NCBI RefSeq assembly: GCF_964204645.1 | Contig: NC_134025.1 | Span: 2,108,001-2,172,000 of the forward strand | From: Tubulanus polymorphus | Taxonomy: Eukaryota > Animalia > Nemertea | Length of the DNA stretch: 64,000 nucleotides | Direction: 5' to 3' | In this document: positions 12,969 through 26,800 of the stretch, piece by piece | How the letters are laid out: every line of letters starts with the position of its first letter | How positions within the stretch are numbered: position 1 is the stretch's first letter | Program-made: the position numbers and the translations under genes | The notes under the pieces: model-generated | What the model was told of the DNA's origin: nothing | The model's database searches: none | The model's input: only the letters and a program-made list of their open reading frames with translations

Positions 12969-13391
12969 CAGTCAACCCCCCATATACCGCCCACATCGTT
13001 GCAGAACGATTTTGGCGGTATAGAGAGTATGGCGGTATAGAGAGTATGGCGGTATAGAGAGTGGCGGTATAGAGAGTATGGCGGTATAGAGAGTATAGCG
13101 GTATAGAGAGTATGGCGGTATAGAGAGTATGGCAGTCAGTACTGTGACATGCCATGTGTTCAAAGCGTGATTTATTTTTTGGGGAGAAGTTTACCAATCA
13201 CCGGCCTGACATTTGTTGTAAATCGAAATCCATCCCAAATAATTCGTGTGTTGAGGAGACCAGGCGGCAGGCGAGTGCGGCTGTATATCGGGGCTGTTTT
13301 ACTATGTATTCGTATATAGATGTACATGGAGAAACCCTGGCGGTAGGCGGGGATGCCGATGTATTAGGGGGGGTATATCGGGGGTTGACTG
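12969..13391. mobile_element. Non-autonomous Tc1/mariner-superfamily (pogo/Tigger-like) MITE
   Basis: TIRs CAGTCAACCCCCCATATACCGCCC ... GGGGGGTATATCGGGGGTTGACTG, flanked by TA at 12967-12968 and 13392-13393. No transposase ORF. Confidence 0.78.
13014..13133. repeat. 17-bp minisatellite (GGCGGTATAGAGAGTAT) x~7 inside the MITE
   Basis: Directly visible tandem copies. The unit resembles the inner end of the TIR (GGCGGTATA). Confidence 0.9.
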
Positions 13392-14550
13392 TATATGCAG
13401 ACGACAACGACGACGTAACAAGTGAACAACACAGATCGTCAACAAGAAGAAAACAATTTACGAAAGAAAAAGAACAACAAATTTAAAAGTTTTCATCAGA
13501 AGTGAGCAGCTGACGACAAAACGTCGTCGCAGTTTTAATTCAATTTTAGATTTTTTTAGATCTTGAATAAATATTGTTTTTAAACCTACAGTGGTGGGTT
13601 TCAGAATATGTGTTAACCACGTTTGGGTGAGGTAATCACATCGATCTTAATAAGAATGCTTGTTAACAAACTCAATAGTAGAAAATAATCATTTCGCTTT
13701 GCCAATGGAAAAAGCGTGAATTAGGAGCTTCGATTAGATGGGAACGAGACAATCTGAATGTGTATTCAAAGAATATTCGATCGAGTGATAGATTCTTGAA
13801 TAGAATAGCATTACAGTATGAATAAGTCATAACCCGAAACAAGATAATCGTTAGGGGCCCGGAGGTTAGTTATTTGTTCCACAAAGTGCAAAAATACATT
13901 AAAGACAGCGAATATAAGAAAGACATTCGCAGACCCGAACCCGGGACCCAGTATTGCGAACCAGAATATGTTTTAACACAAACACTACCTGTAAATACTC
14001 AATGAAGACATGATTCCCTCTGAAATCTGTTTAGCTGGATAATTGAACTAGAAGATGGCAAGCTATACAACAAAAAGACAAGCTGCAATCAGAATCTAAG
14101 TGGATTTTCTCATCCGATGTAATTAGCGTATTTTGAAATTTACCGAAATTTTCATAGTTGAATATCATATTCACATCTATCATCAAATACATTTTTTTTG
14201 CATATATTCGAAAACAAGCCAGAACTGCGTCAAAGGCATTCGTAACAGATTTTCGGGAATGAATGGAGTGGATCGATGGACACAACAACGTATTTTTTTC
14301 AATTGAAAGAAATCATTCATTCTGGAAACCAAAATCTCAAAGCAACGTCTTGGTTGTTTTGTCTTAGTCCAATATGTTGTCTTGCTGTCTTGCTGTCGTC
14401 AGCGAGTTTCAAACAAAGACGGCAAACCTTCTGTTGTCACTGCATCAACAATAGACGGATGAAAGGGTTTTCAACCAGCGACAACGGCAGCTTGTCAGTA
14501 CTGCGACATGCCATGTGTTAAAAGCGTGATTTATTTTTTGGGGAGAAGTT

Positions 14551-14656
14551 GACCAATCACCGGCCTGACATTTGTTGAAAATCGAAATCCATCCCAAATA
14601 ATTCGTGAAATCAATACTTGGCTATATATACAGGAACTCATTGAAATTCATCAGTC
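14551..14656 (+). promoter_or_regulatory. Putative core promoter of gene B (CCAAT, TATA-like, Inr)
   Basis: GACCAATCAC (CCAAT 14553-14557), TATATATA 14623-14630, and Inr-like TCAGTC 14651-14656 with its A 30 nt after the TATA start. The ATG is 130 nt further on. Confidence 0.55.
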
Positions 14657-14782
14657 TATTCAGACCCCAGGGTGACGAGATCATCCTATAGACCGGATAT
14701 ATTTTACCAACATATCTAACATTACAAAACCAGTGAAAAGCTGAATTTTGGTAGAGTCGTTCATCGCTCAACTGCAGCCACT

Positions 14783-14862
14783 ATGGATGGTGTACCTTAC
14801 CATCTGATAGGACTGATAATCTTGACTGTACTGACCTCGAATTCGCAATCTCTGGATGAAAA
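14783..14862 (+). CDS. First coding exon of gene B: signal peptide (absent from the ORF track)
   Basis: GCCACTATGG start context. Encodes [26 protein letters not shown], then donor AA|GTAAGT (phase 2), in frame with the exon at 15971. Confidence 0.8.
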
Positions 14863-17800
14863 GTAAGTAAAACTTAGTAGGTTTAAGTGCTCAAATCACC
14901 AATGATACGATAGGTAAAAATATGATGGTCATGATTAATCAACGTGAAATAGATTTGAGAGCTGCCTCAGAATCGCATGAGTGGGACAAGGAATGATGTG
15001 TGTGCATCATTCGCAATCAGTGCTAAGTAATAAGCGGGTTCGAGTCCTGCTGGCAGCTTACAGCGTGCGGACCTTCCCGTCGTCAGATTGAATGATCAAT
15101 CTAATGAGTTAGTCTTGAGAAAACAAGATAGGAACGACGTAACACAAAAACAGACAAACAAACAAACGAACAATATAAAACGATCTTTTAAAATCATCAA
15201 ACGGAAAAAGATAAACAGGATTTGGTGCGTAAAAGATACTCGTCAGAACTGATTTATGAAGTCATTCGCATTGACCTAATGAATGATATCATCCTATTGA
15301 CTCACGACGTTCATTATGCTTTTCAAACTGAAAAAAAATATCATTGGGCAACACGTTAAGATTTAAATTCTGACGATTATCAGCACTGTGTAATAGCTTT
15401 TTTCAGTGATATGTAAACAGGAGCACAGCTGTGAAATCAGTGAACTAACTATACTGGTTTCCTTGTCAAGTGGTCAAGTGGAAACTTATCAGCACCTCAA
15501 TCGCTTTTAGAAGTATTTTTCAGTCAAAATAGAAATTGAAAGCAGTCAAACTACTGAGATAACTGATCTTTTGACTGATTCATCATGTTGTTGCATTGTT
15601 GCTTTTATGGATTTTTGGTTAACTGAACTCTCTACCTAAGCTAGCATTTTTTTTATTAGTATCTAGGTAACTTTTATTAAGGTTTTATTTCATTTTCTAA
15701 TATACAATGAAAAATGTCATTCTTTTGAAAATTGTTTGGAAAAAGCATTCTTTCTTTTTAATTCAAATGATTAAATGAGTTCAAAATCTTCAATAAAATT
15801 CACATTGAAAGAAAGCCGAGGCATCATTTGATAATGATGTCTTGGTATTTTTGATATTTCTGTATTACGAAATCACATATTGAAAATATCAATTAGATTA
15901 GGATGATGCTTTTTTAATCTATTTGTACAATAAATTAATCTGACGAATATTTAATCGCTGTATCTTACAGCAAATGCAAAGTTACGAAGCAACATAATGA
16001 CGAACATAATGCAAAATGCTCGGACTATTTCGCACAAACGATTGCGGGATACAATATCGATTTAGCTGCCTCTCCGGCCTTGCAAGGACTTACTGCGACA
16101 CAAAGAGAAGCCAAGCTCGAACAATTGATGAAAGCGAACGACCAAACGTCGATTTGCAAATTCATCAAGTGAGTTTTTAAAAATTTCATTCCAAAAAATT
16201 ATTGTGATTATGAAAATGACGACAGTTTTTTTTTGGAAGATGCATATACTTTCTTAATGAATTGATCATCAATATACAATGTCATTATCTGCATTGTCTG
16301 TTGTTTTCAGGGTCGTATCAACCGAAATAGAAGAGTGCTGTCCGGGTTGGGGAGGTTCACAATGTGACCGGCGTATGTATATTTATGCAATCCATAAACG
16401 TACACATTACATTGAAAAAATTATATTTTGTGGATTCACCCTCTTATTTCGTTTCAAAATGTAGCTGTATGCAACCCAGCTTGTCAGAATGGTGTTTGTA
16501 CAGGACCGTATGAATGTACATGCAGTTCTGGATATTTTGGCAAGGTCTGCGAATATGATAGTACATGTAAGTATCAATATGCACAAGCCGACAAGAACAG
16601 CACATTTTCTCTTTATTGTGAATTGGAGATGAAATTCAAAATGGAAAATTTATTGATATTTACAATTTTTACAACAGTATCGACGGACAATAACAGATTC
16701 TGCTTCAAGGACAAAGACTGCGACGGGGATCCAATTAACAGTACCGTCACAACGCATGAGCAATGTTGCAAAGAAGGACTGAGTTGGGGAGGAGGAGGTC
16801 AACTTTGTGACGAATGTTCAACCACTTCTGGTAAATTCAATATGCACGAAGGAAAAAATAGTGTACATTGAATCAACGAATCAAGTCATTGCTTGACATC
16901 TTTTTATCACTAATATCAACTATTCCTGATTTCCAGTTGTTGAGAAAAAGCACGATCTGAACTTTGCCACTTGTCTCAGCTATGGCCGAAGTAATTACAG
17001 GACATTTGATGGATGGGAATACCAATACGGGGGCATGTGCGCTTATACAATGGTCAAATATCGTGATATTTGGTACTGTAAGATGAGGCTCAAGGACGCG
17101 TATCATTATTCTACATTAACTAAGGTAAACTATATCCAAGGCGAATAAGAAATGAACTGGAAAAGATGAATTTCCTTTCATATTTCTTTTTTTATGTTTA
17201 CTCGATCTAAATAGGAAATTGAATGCAAGTTTGAAGAAAATCTAATATGGGTTTTACAAGAGGACGTAGTGAAATTTGGACCAGATAGAAATAATCTCGA
17301 AACAAAATCAGAAACGACTTTCAAACACAGAGGTGTAACCGTTGAGAAAAAAGGTGACATGATGTACTTGCAAAGCACTCGAATTAGGGTTAAATGGTCG
17401 AGAGATACTGCCTACTTCACTGTCGATGATACGGTCACTGGGCTGGAGGGCCTGTGCGGTAACAACGATGGAGATCCAATCAATGATATCGGAAATTTCC
17501 GTACTGTAGCTGACTTTGGAAACAACTACAAATCCCGTGGTGAGGTATGTAGTTACTGTTACTTTTATTTATTACTTTCAATAATTTTCTCTTTGCGGAT
17601 GAAATTTGCAACGGGTCCGTGTTTTATCACCTATACAGCATATATGAATCCATCTTCTATAGAATATGCCATGCTTTTTGGAATTTTTACGAAAAAAGAA
17701 TGTTTAAGAGTCGACAGGTTTCGATACAAAGACTTTGCTTCACTTGCTGAGGGCCGACAATAGTGGGCCCGTGTCAAAGCGGATGCCCGTTGTGGTGCTC

Positions 17801-20800
17801 CTATTACTGATATCACGGGATAAACTGAAACTGACAAGAAAAAAATGAATATACGAACTATTCAAAGTGATATGCAGATCTACAAATGTTTCGTTTACAG
17901 TGTCCAAACGCCGGAAACGTTGGCAATTCGTGTACATCAACGGAAGAAGATGATGCTGCTACTGAGCATTGTCGCCCAATAACCCGACGATTTGCAAGTT
18001 GTAGACCTTACGTAAGTTACGAAAATATTCATTTGTTGTTTCGTAATGACAACGACAATTAACGATATCGTGATCATTATCTCTAATTCCCACTAATGCA
18101 CAAGTTAATTATGAATGATATTTTAACAAATCCTTTATAAAGGTATCATTACAAAACTGGTTCAAACGGTGCAAAATTGATTACTGCAATGCGATGAAAG
18201 ATGCAGACGACGCCGATGGCCCGGAATTAGTCATTTGTACTACACTTGCTGCATTAGCACAAGAATGCGTTGTCGAGTCAGATGGAGCTATCCAGGTTTC
18301 ATGGAGAACCTCATCGCTTTGTCGTGAGTATGCTATTCATTCACAATTATAACACCATCCTCGTGAAACTGTGTTTTCAAGTCTGGTAACGCATAGTCAT
18401 GTCATCCGTTCTGTCCACTGCCATGCATGATGTTGTAACGGTTGAATCGTATTATATTTCAACAGCGAAGAAATGTCCAGAAGGCATGAAATATACCGAA
18501 TTTATGTCTACATGTCGACGCACGTGTGCTAATTTCTATGACCCCCACTTGCTCTCTCGACCTGAGTGCAAGGAAGTGGTTTCTGGCTGTAAATGCAAAA
18601 GCGGAACATTCTTAGACTTTAAAGATGACAAAGCAACCTGTATCCAAGGAGAATTGTGCCCGTGCTTTAGCAATAAGAAAAGATATGAATCTGGCGAATA
18701 TAAGTTCGTCGATTGCAACAAATGGTGCGAAACCTTTTTCACAACAAACTGCTGTTCTTAAATGCATCCGAGCGTCATGATTTTTAACCTTTTTTGTACA
18801 TTGTCTTTCAGCGAATGTTTTGGTGGTCGTTGGTCTTGTACAAAGAAAAGTTGTGATAGAACTTGTTTCCTCGTCAATGATCACGTATTTCCGTTTTCAC
18901 GATTCCCATACGCAATGAAAGGAGGCGATTGTGAATTCATTGCAGTCGAGGTATGAACTTAGTTGATCCAAATTAACACAGATCGAATCGCAATGTGTCA
19001 CGCAAGTTATCGATTATTACGAATATACTTTTAATATCAATGATTTATATCAACTTTACAGCCTATTTCATCCGAAGATCCTCGTGATAATCTAAACATA
19101 CGCGTTAAGGGAGAGTGTGCTGATGGGCAAGATTACATGTGTAATAAGAAACTTGTCATTGATTATATGGAAAAAAATATCGTAATGGAGAAAGAGTGTA
19201 AACTAACAGTAAACGGCGTGGAACATCCTCTTCCATATCACGACAATAGTCTATACGTAAAAAGGGAAACCAGCATTTACGTCCTTGTACATTTTCCGGA
19301 GGCTGAAATATTGTTTGATTGCTCAAAACGAATACTTATTACCCTGAGTCCATTCTTTATCAATAAGGTATCAATTCTTTTAAGTCTATTATAAGTTAAT
19401 CGTGGAACATACGATCGGTTTTGGCATTTAAATTTCTATTATTTCCTTATTTAGATGCGAGGTGTATGTGTCATCGCTAATGCAGAGAATGAACGATTCG
19501 TTCCACGAGGCCAATCTGTACCAGACGGAGAGAGTACATTCCTGACAAGTTACCGAACGCCAACGACTTGCACGGCATCACAGTTCCCAACTGAACTCAT
19601 AGAAGATGCTTGTGGAGGAGATGCTACCGTATGTGTTTTATTACAAATTAACGATACAAAATATAAACACATAATTATATTACCAAACTTTAATTTACCA
19701 CACGTTTCAATAAAATGATTTTCTCGTTATCTATTATCAGAAAAAGGCAGAAGCTCAAAGTCAGTGCCAGATTCTCGTAAGTGAAGATGGCCCGTTTTCA
19801 GATTGCAAGGACTCGCTTATCGAAGGTCTTTCGTCCTACTACGACCTTTGTGTCAGTGAAATCTGCTTGTCAACAGGAGATGGAACAGAAAAACTGGAAA
19901 GCAGGTGTACTGCTATAGCGACAGCGGCCCAGGCCTGCGCTAACGCTGGTGTCGTTATCAACTGGCTGAGAGGAATGTCATCATTCGAATGCCGTAAGTG
20001 TGATCTGAATGTATCTCCGAGGGACCTTAGTTCATACAAAGTTCGTGTAAACTCTCAGTAATGAATGATATTGGTTAAACCATTCAACTAAGTGCAATTC
20101 ATCTTCATCAATTATAGCAAGCATACCGATGTACTCGTGTGATAGCGGGACTTCATATGTGGAGTGTAGTGATTCTTGCAAATCCAACTGTCGTGACATG
20201 CAGGTCACGTCGAGATGCCGAAAAAAGAAACTTCAATGCATTCCTGGATGTCGATGCGAAAATAATCAACTGAAAGATGATTATAATCTTTGCGTCGATG
20301 TTAAAGACTGTACCTGCTATAACAAATACGATCAAACTGATCCGATAAAAGACGCAGGATCCACAATAAAACGAGGTTGCACTGAATGGTATGAACATAT
20401 AAATCCCTTTCCTAATCTTTTTATCGTGCCTCTGTTATATTTACTTCGACCTGCAAATGCATTTTTTCTGATCGTTCTTACAGCGAGTGTAATAATGGTA
20501 CATGGCATTGCGGTATAGAAAAATGTGCTGAAAAGGTCAAATGCCCAAAGAATCAGATACACTACAAACAAGACAAGCCATGCACAGTAAAATGTGCAGA
20601 CGTTGAATTCAGTAACTCAGATAGTTGTGTTAGCCAAGGGGAAGGCTGCGGGTGCCCGAGCGGCACAGTTTTGGCACCAAACGTATGAGTTTGATACAAA
20701 ACCTTTTTTGACGTAGATCAATTATTCATTCTTAATCCACTAATTTTTTCCTTTATTTCTGGATTTATTCCACAGGGAAGATGTCTTGCCCCAAAAAATT

Positions 20801-23800
20801 GCCCGTGTTCCATTGGAGGACAATGGCAAAAAAGAAATTCGGTAATCACCGTTGGTTGCAAAGAATAGTAAGTAGCAATCTGCGTGTGGCAGCAAACAGA
20901 TTCTCTCCAAATAGGAAGCAAACAGAAGTGATGCATATATCATATGCTGTTCTAAATCTATTTTTCAGTATATGCCTAGAACGCCAATGGAAGGTTCTCG
21001 GTGATCCAACGCAAAAGTGTCCTGGAGTTTGTTCTGCAACTGGTGATCCTCATTTCATAACCTTTGATAAGAAAGCTTTTTCATTCGAGGGCATGTGCAT
21101 GTATACCTTTGCCCGGACAAAAGAGGGTATTCAACCTTCTTTCGATATTACCACTGAAAATGTGCAGTGTGGTACATCTGGCGTTACTTGCACTAAATCT
21201 ACCATATTAACATTTGGTAGTAATCGTATTCATTTGTTACGAGGGACAAGCGTACAAGTTAACGACCAAATTCTAGATGGGTCTGATGTCAATTATTCAA
21301 CCGAGGATATGGAGATTTATAAAGCGGGCTTATTTACGACTGTATACGTAAAATCATTGAAATTAACCATTAGATGGGATGGCAGCACTAGGGTTTACGC
21401 GTTTCTGGATCCGATGTGGCAAGACAAAGTTGAAGGTCTATGTGGAAACTATAACAACAATCCTAACGACGACTTCGAATCTAAATCTGGAGGATTGGAG
21501 ACAGCGCCCCATACGTTCGCTGATTCATGGTCAATGGATTGCCCTGTAGGAAGTGATACGCCGTCAATCATTGGAGATAGTGAACCGTGCGCTGGGGTAC
21601 GTCATAAAATATATGAATATACATGTATATATATACAGGTATACGTTTCCTAATAAACTTGAAAGCTCAATTTAGTGATCTGGAAATGACTAGTGAGCGC
21701 GTATTTCCACAAACGAGTAATAAACATATTCTTAAGAAAGCGTTACCTTTCATGGTCATTAAAGTTAAAAACGATGAAATTCTTTATTTCAGGTAGAACA
21801 CAGGGAGTCATGGGCGAGGGAATCTTGTGCCGTACTCATGGATGAAAATGGACCATTTGCTGAATGTTTGAGGCGTGTTCCAAATACTGATTTATTTCAC
21901 AAACATTGTATTTTTGATTCTTGTCGATGCGATCAAGGAGGTGATTGCGAATGTCTGTGCACAGCCATAGCCGCCTTGTCTGAGTATTGTCGCCAGGCCG
22001 GAATACATTCAATCAAGTGGAGAAGCCAAAGACTTTGTCGTAAGTCATCGTCTAATATTGACTTTATATTGCAATCGCACAAAATACTTATCCTATTGAT
22101 GTAATATGATTTTATCAAATACAAGTAATGCGTGTATCGAAAAATCGTTTGAAATCCAAATGTTTTTAATTCAGCGATAATGTGTGAATATGGTAAATCG
22201 TATATGCCATGCGGGCCACCATGCGCTCAAACTTGTGAAAATATTGGGGATGAGCCAGAAGAACATTGTACGATGTCAACATGCGTGGAAGGTTGTTTCT
22301 GTCCCCCAGGAACAGTGGAACACGGTAATACTTTAACTAGAATCTTATTTCACAAAATCAACAGTTGCGAGTTAATTTATATCTATTGTGTTAAAGTTAG
22401 TTCATTTCCAATAATTTGGCCGTACAGTCAAATTCTTATTGTAGAACTAAGACTGGGTTCTTGGTCCATAAGGAAGTTATATCAGATTTTTTAGAACGCG
22501 TTCCTCTTTCTTTCTAAGATGAAACGTGTGTACCGGCCAAAAAGTGTCCTTGTTATCACAATGGCGTACCATACCCAGCTGGAACAGTTATAACAGCGGA
22601 TTGCCAAAATTGGTAAGATCTACAGTGCATTTTCAAGTTCAGCTTAGTCAAACCCGCTGAGTAGCTAAATACGAAATAACGGCAATATGTTATATTGAAA
22701 TTTAGTCGGGCAATTCGTTCAAATTATAATTGATATACATTAGATCATCATCGTTGTTTTGATTTTATGAATTTGGCGCGTATTTTCGAATGTTCACTAT
22801 CGCCATAAGAAGCTAAAACTGTTTTGAAAGTGAAAAGCGTTCCTGCTCATCTTTGACTGTTTTCTTCAATGATCACCGCTATACACCGTACAATGTACAT
22901 TTCAGTACCTGCACAAATGGCAAATTTGATTGTGTCGGCAAACCATGTGCCGAGAAGACATGCCCTCCCGATAAATTTGTTTGTGAAAGTGGCCAGTGCA
23001 TCGATCCGGAATGGAGATGCGATCAGGCTGAAGACTGTGGAGATGGATCAGACGAGAAAGATTGCATAAGTATGTACATGTTACGAACGTTTTCACTCTA
23101 TCGCACGCATATATGAATACTAACTGAATAGACACGGGTCAACGACGCAGCGGCCTCAATGGCTCCTTCGGTATAGGCATGATACTGTTGCATTCACTAT
23201 CAGTGCTGAGTGACAAGCGGTTTCGTGTCCTGCTGACTGCTTACGGTATGCGTGTAACACTTCGAAGGCCTTCCCGTTGTGAGGCTAAATGATCAATCTA
23301 ATAGGGCTAGTCTATATACAAACAAGATCGGAACGACGTAATGCAAAAAAAATAAATGATAATTAAACTTGTATAAAAGAAACAAAAATCTATTTGCTCC
23401 TATCATATTGCAGCCACTTGCAAACCAGATGAATTCCAGTGTATGGCAGGCATGTGCATAGATAACTCGCATGTTTGTGACGGAGTTCCAGACTGCATGG
23501 ATTCTTCGGACGAACAACAAAACTGCAGTAAGTTATTCATCTCTGAGAACACCTTGTAAGGAGGTGCAGTGGAACTTTAATAAGACGATGAAATATGTTT
23601 AATTTAACGGACACATTTAGTCAAACTGCGAGTTCAATTTCATGGAAACTTGGTATCGATTCATTTAAGACATACTTCGAGCACCGGTATAATTTGTATT
23701 TGAATAAAAATCCATATTTTCAGCTTACTGTCCAGAGGGATTGTTCACCTGTGCAAACCGCAAATGTATTCCTCTCAAATTCAAATGCGATGGTACTGAT

Positions 23801-26800
23801 GACTGTGGGGACAACAGCGAAGAGAAAAACTGTACAGGTTATTAACATTCGTCATTATGAACCATTTATCGTCAGAATTATCATCTTTAACTACTACTCT
23901 TATTATCATCATCAATATTGCAGAGGATGAATGCGTGTCAGAAGAAGCGTTCAGGTGTGCTGACGGTGATTGTTTACCGTCTTCACGAAGGTGTGACGGT
24001 CATGATGACTGCGGAGATGGAACCGACGAGATTGGATGCAGTATGTGGATTTTAATAAAGATATTTTGGATTTTCTACATTCGAATTGGGGATATAAAAT
24101 TTTACGTTTTAACGTTCTTGTTTGTTGTTGTTCCTTCATCGAGATTGTACGTTGTATTATTATTTTCAAAGCAACATCAACTACCAGTGGGACATGCGCA
24201 GTTGGAATGTACACGTGTGACAATGGTCAATGCGTAGACCCAACAGGTATTATCTGTAATGGAGTGAATGATTGTGGCGATGGAACTGATGAATCACAAT
24301 GCGGTAAGCCGTTTTTTTTTACCGGACGCTTCAAATAATCAAGTGAATCTGTGCGGCCGACTACACGATGATTCTCATTTGAATCTCAACAGGTTCTCTG
24401 CCAACATCAACAGTTCTCGGTTGTATAGTCGGAACGTATCAATGTCCTGAAAATAAAGAATGCATCAACAAGACGAAACTTTGTGATGGCAGAGACGATT
24501 GCTCAAGGGGTGAAGATGAAGTGGGTTGTACTACACTAGGTATGTACAATATTAAAACCGAAGAATGAGTTGCACGATTACCTGAATAGGAAAAAATCAA
24601 TACTCTTTTATGCAAAAACAATTTTGTGTGAAATTGTGAAAAAATAATTTGAGGCTGATTCCGAGTCTATAACTCGGAATAAACTACGTATTCGAGAAAA
24701 TGTCACTTTAAACTAATTAGTAACGTGGGAATAAATCGTTTATTGTAATTAAGCATTATTTAACGCTAAAAAAACTACACTTGCAACAACAAAAACGAGC
24801 GAGATAATTAATTAACATATCAAACATTCCGACATAATATTATCACACGATAACATTTATCCCTGTAGCTCCATGTGTTCAGCGTGAGGGAATGGTTGAT
24901 AGTACAGTCATTACGGACGATGATATAACGATTTCACCCGACGAATACTTCGATAAAAGTGGTCTACGCCCCGGAACAAGTCAACCGTACACCACTTTCC
25001 AAGAAACTGTCAGTGTTGTTATGAACCTGTCAGAGGATCCTATCGTCATAGGTACAATCGCCGTGGAATCAAACAATGTTCAATCATATTTCGTTTCGAT
25101 CGATAATGAACCAATCGATAAGGTCAGTCATTTGGGATAAATCAAAACTATTAATGAATCACCTTAATTTATGTATGAATATATCTATATCTGTTTCTTC
25201 AATTACAGGATCTAGTCACATCGGACACAACTCTTGGACCTGACAATTCACTCACACCTGGTGATCCGTTGGATTTCAAAGACGACACCCTTGCCAAAAG
25301 CGTAACGATAACGTTCAAAAAAGGTCCTGGAGATTCTATGAGCTTTGTAATTGCTACGTTTGCGTGTTTCGTAGGTGAGTTTAAACTTTAAAGGTTACAT
25401 TAGAAATTACAGAAAACTTTATAATGTGAAACGTTGCGTCGCACTTATCACTATAATCTAATCTCCCCGATGATTATGAATGACAGAATAAAGCCACAGA
25501 AAGTTCTGAATTTATTTCGTCTGTCATAGAAAAATTATTTTTATCCTTGTATCATACTGGAAAATTCTATTTACGAAAGAAGATTTTAATGGATTTTCTA
25601 TATTGAAATTATTCCGAATTTTTTTTTCAAATATGACTTCACCGATTTGACGAATTTGAAACTATCCAGTTTTTTTTACATCAAACAAAATAAACATTCA
25701 TTTCAAATTCCGTTAAGAAGCACGCGTTATCGTATACTTAACATATACAAAAGAGCAAGTGGGCCAAATGACCCCATTGAAATACAAATGAGCATCAAAG
25801 CATGTTTCAAACCAGGTAATTTTTCAGAAAAAAAACCAAAAGTAAAACTAATTCACATAATGAAACATACTGCATTCGACTGATTAATTCACATTTATTG
25901 ATATATGTGTATATTCGGGTGATACAGGGTGTTTTTTAAAAGTTCGTTAAAAACCATTTTGCATTCTTTAGTATAATTAGCGAACAAAATGATTCCTACG
26001 AATTCATTGTTTCGGCTCACGGAGAAAACAAAATGACACATTTAGCATATGATTTTGTTAAGATAATAGTGTACGAAATTATTCTTTCGTGATACGATAC
26101 ACACACATTTTGTTTCATGCCAAAATATAGCTTTTGATGATAAGTGTGTTATTTTCTTTTGGGATTTGACCTTCAAACTCCGTTAATAAGCATGCGTTAT
26201 CGTATACTTTGCATATACAAAGGTCTAAAAACGGCGAATTTGTGTTAGTTGAAATTTCTCTGTATAAAGTATAAAGAAAATGAGTTATGCATTGTTTATA
26301 AAACAGGTTTTGTTTGTCTCACTTTACTTACGATGTTTTTCAAGTTTTCTTTGTCTGTCATCTATTTTTTCTTATTGTTCTTTTTAGGACAAACGCCCGG
26401 AACTACCGTTCCATCGACAACACCGGCTCCATGTGTTAAAAAAGACGGAATGAAAGACCCTCTGGTCATCTCAGCTGAAAGTATCTCAGCGACACCTCCA
26501 CTCGAGAATTCTGATGATGCCAATAAATTAAGACCAGGTGGTGCACTTTATTTACAAGTAGCAGCAAATCAAGTTGAATTGATCGTCGATCTAGACGATG
26601 ATGGAGTTGAGCTCGGAGAAGTTTCCATTGATTCACCAAACATCAACAATATCGACTATTTCGTAGTTTCCGTCAAGTCAACCGTAAACTCACCCTCATA
26701 CGATAAAATAACCAAGGTATATCATAACATCGATCGTTGTACATCTTAATGTTTATTCATAAAACTGGATTGTTATGCTCATAATATCGATCATAACATC

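Noticed and set aside
12961-13486. Short ORFs over the intergenic MITE
   Set aside because: Products of the 17-bp minisatellite and TIRs, with no coding signature.
13925-13965. tRNA-like fragments on the minus strand here and near 49520-49540, and the B-box at 15037
   Set aside because: No complete cloverleaf can be built. At most these are SINE remnants, not tRNA genes.
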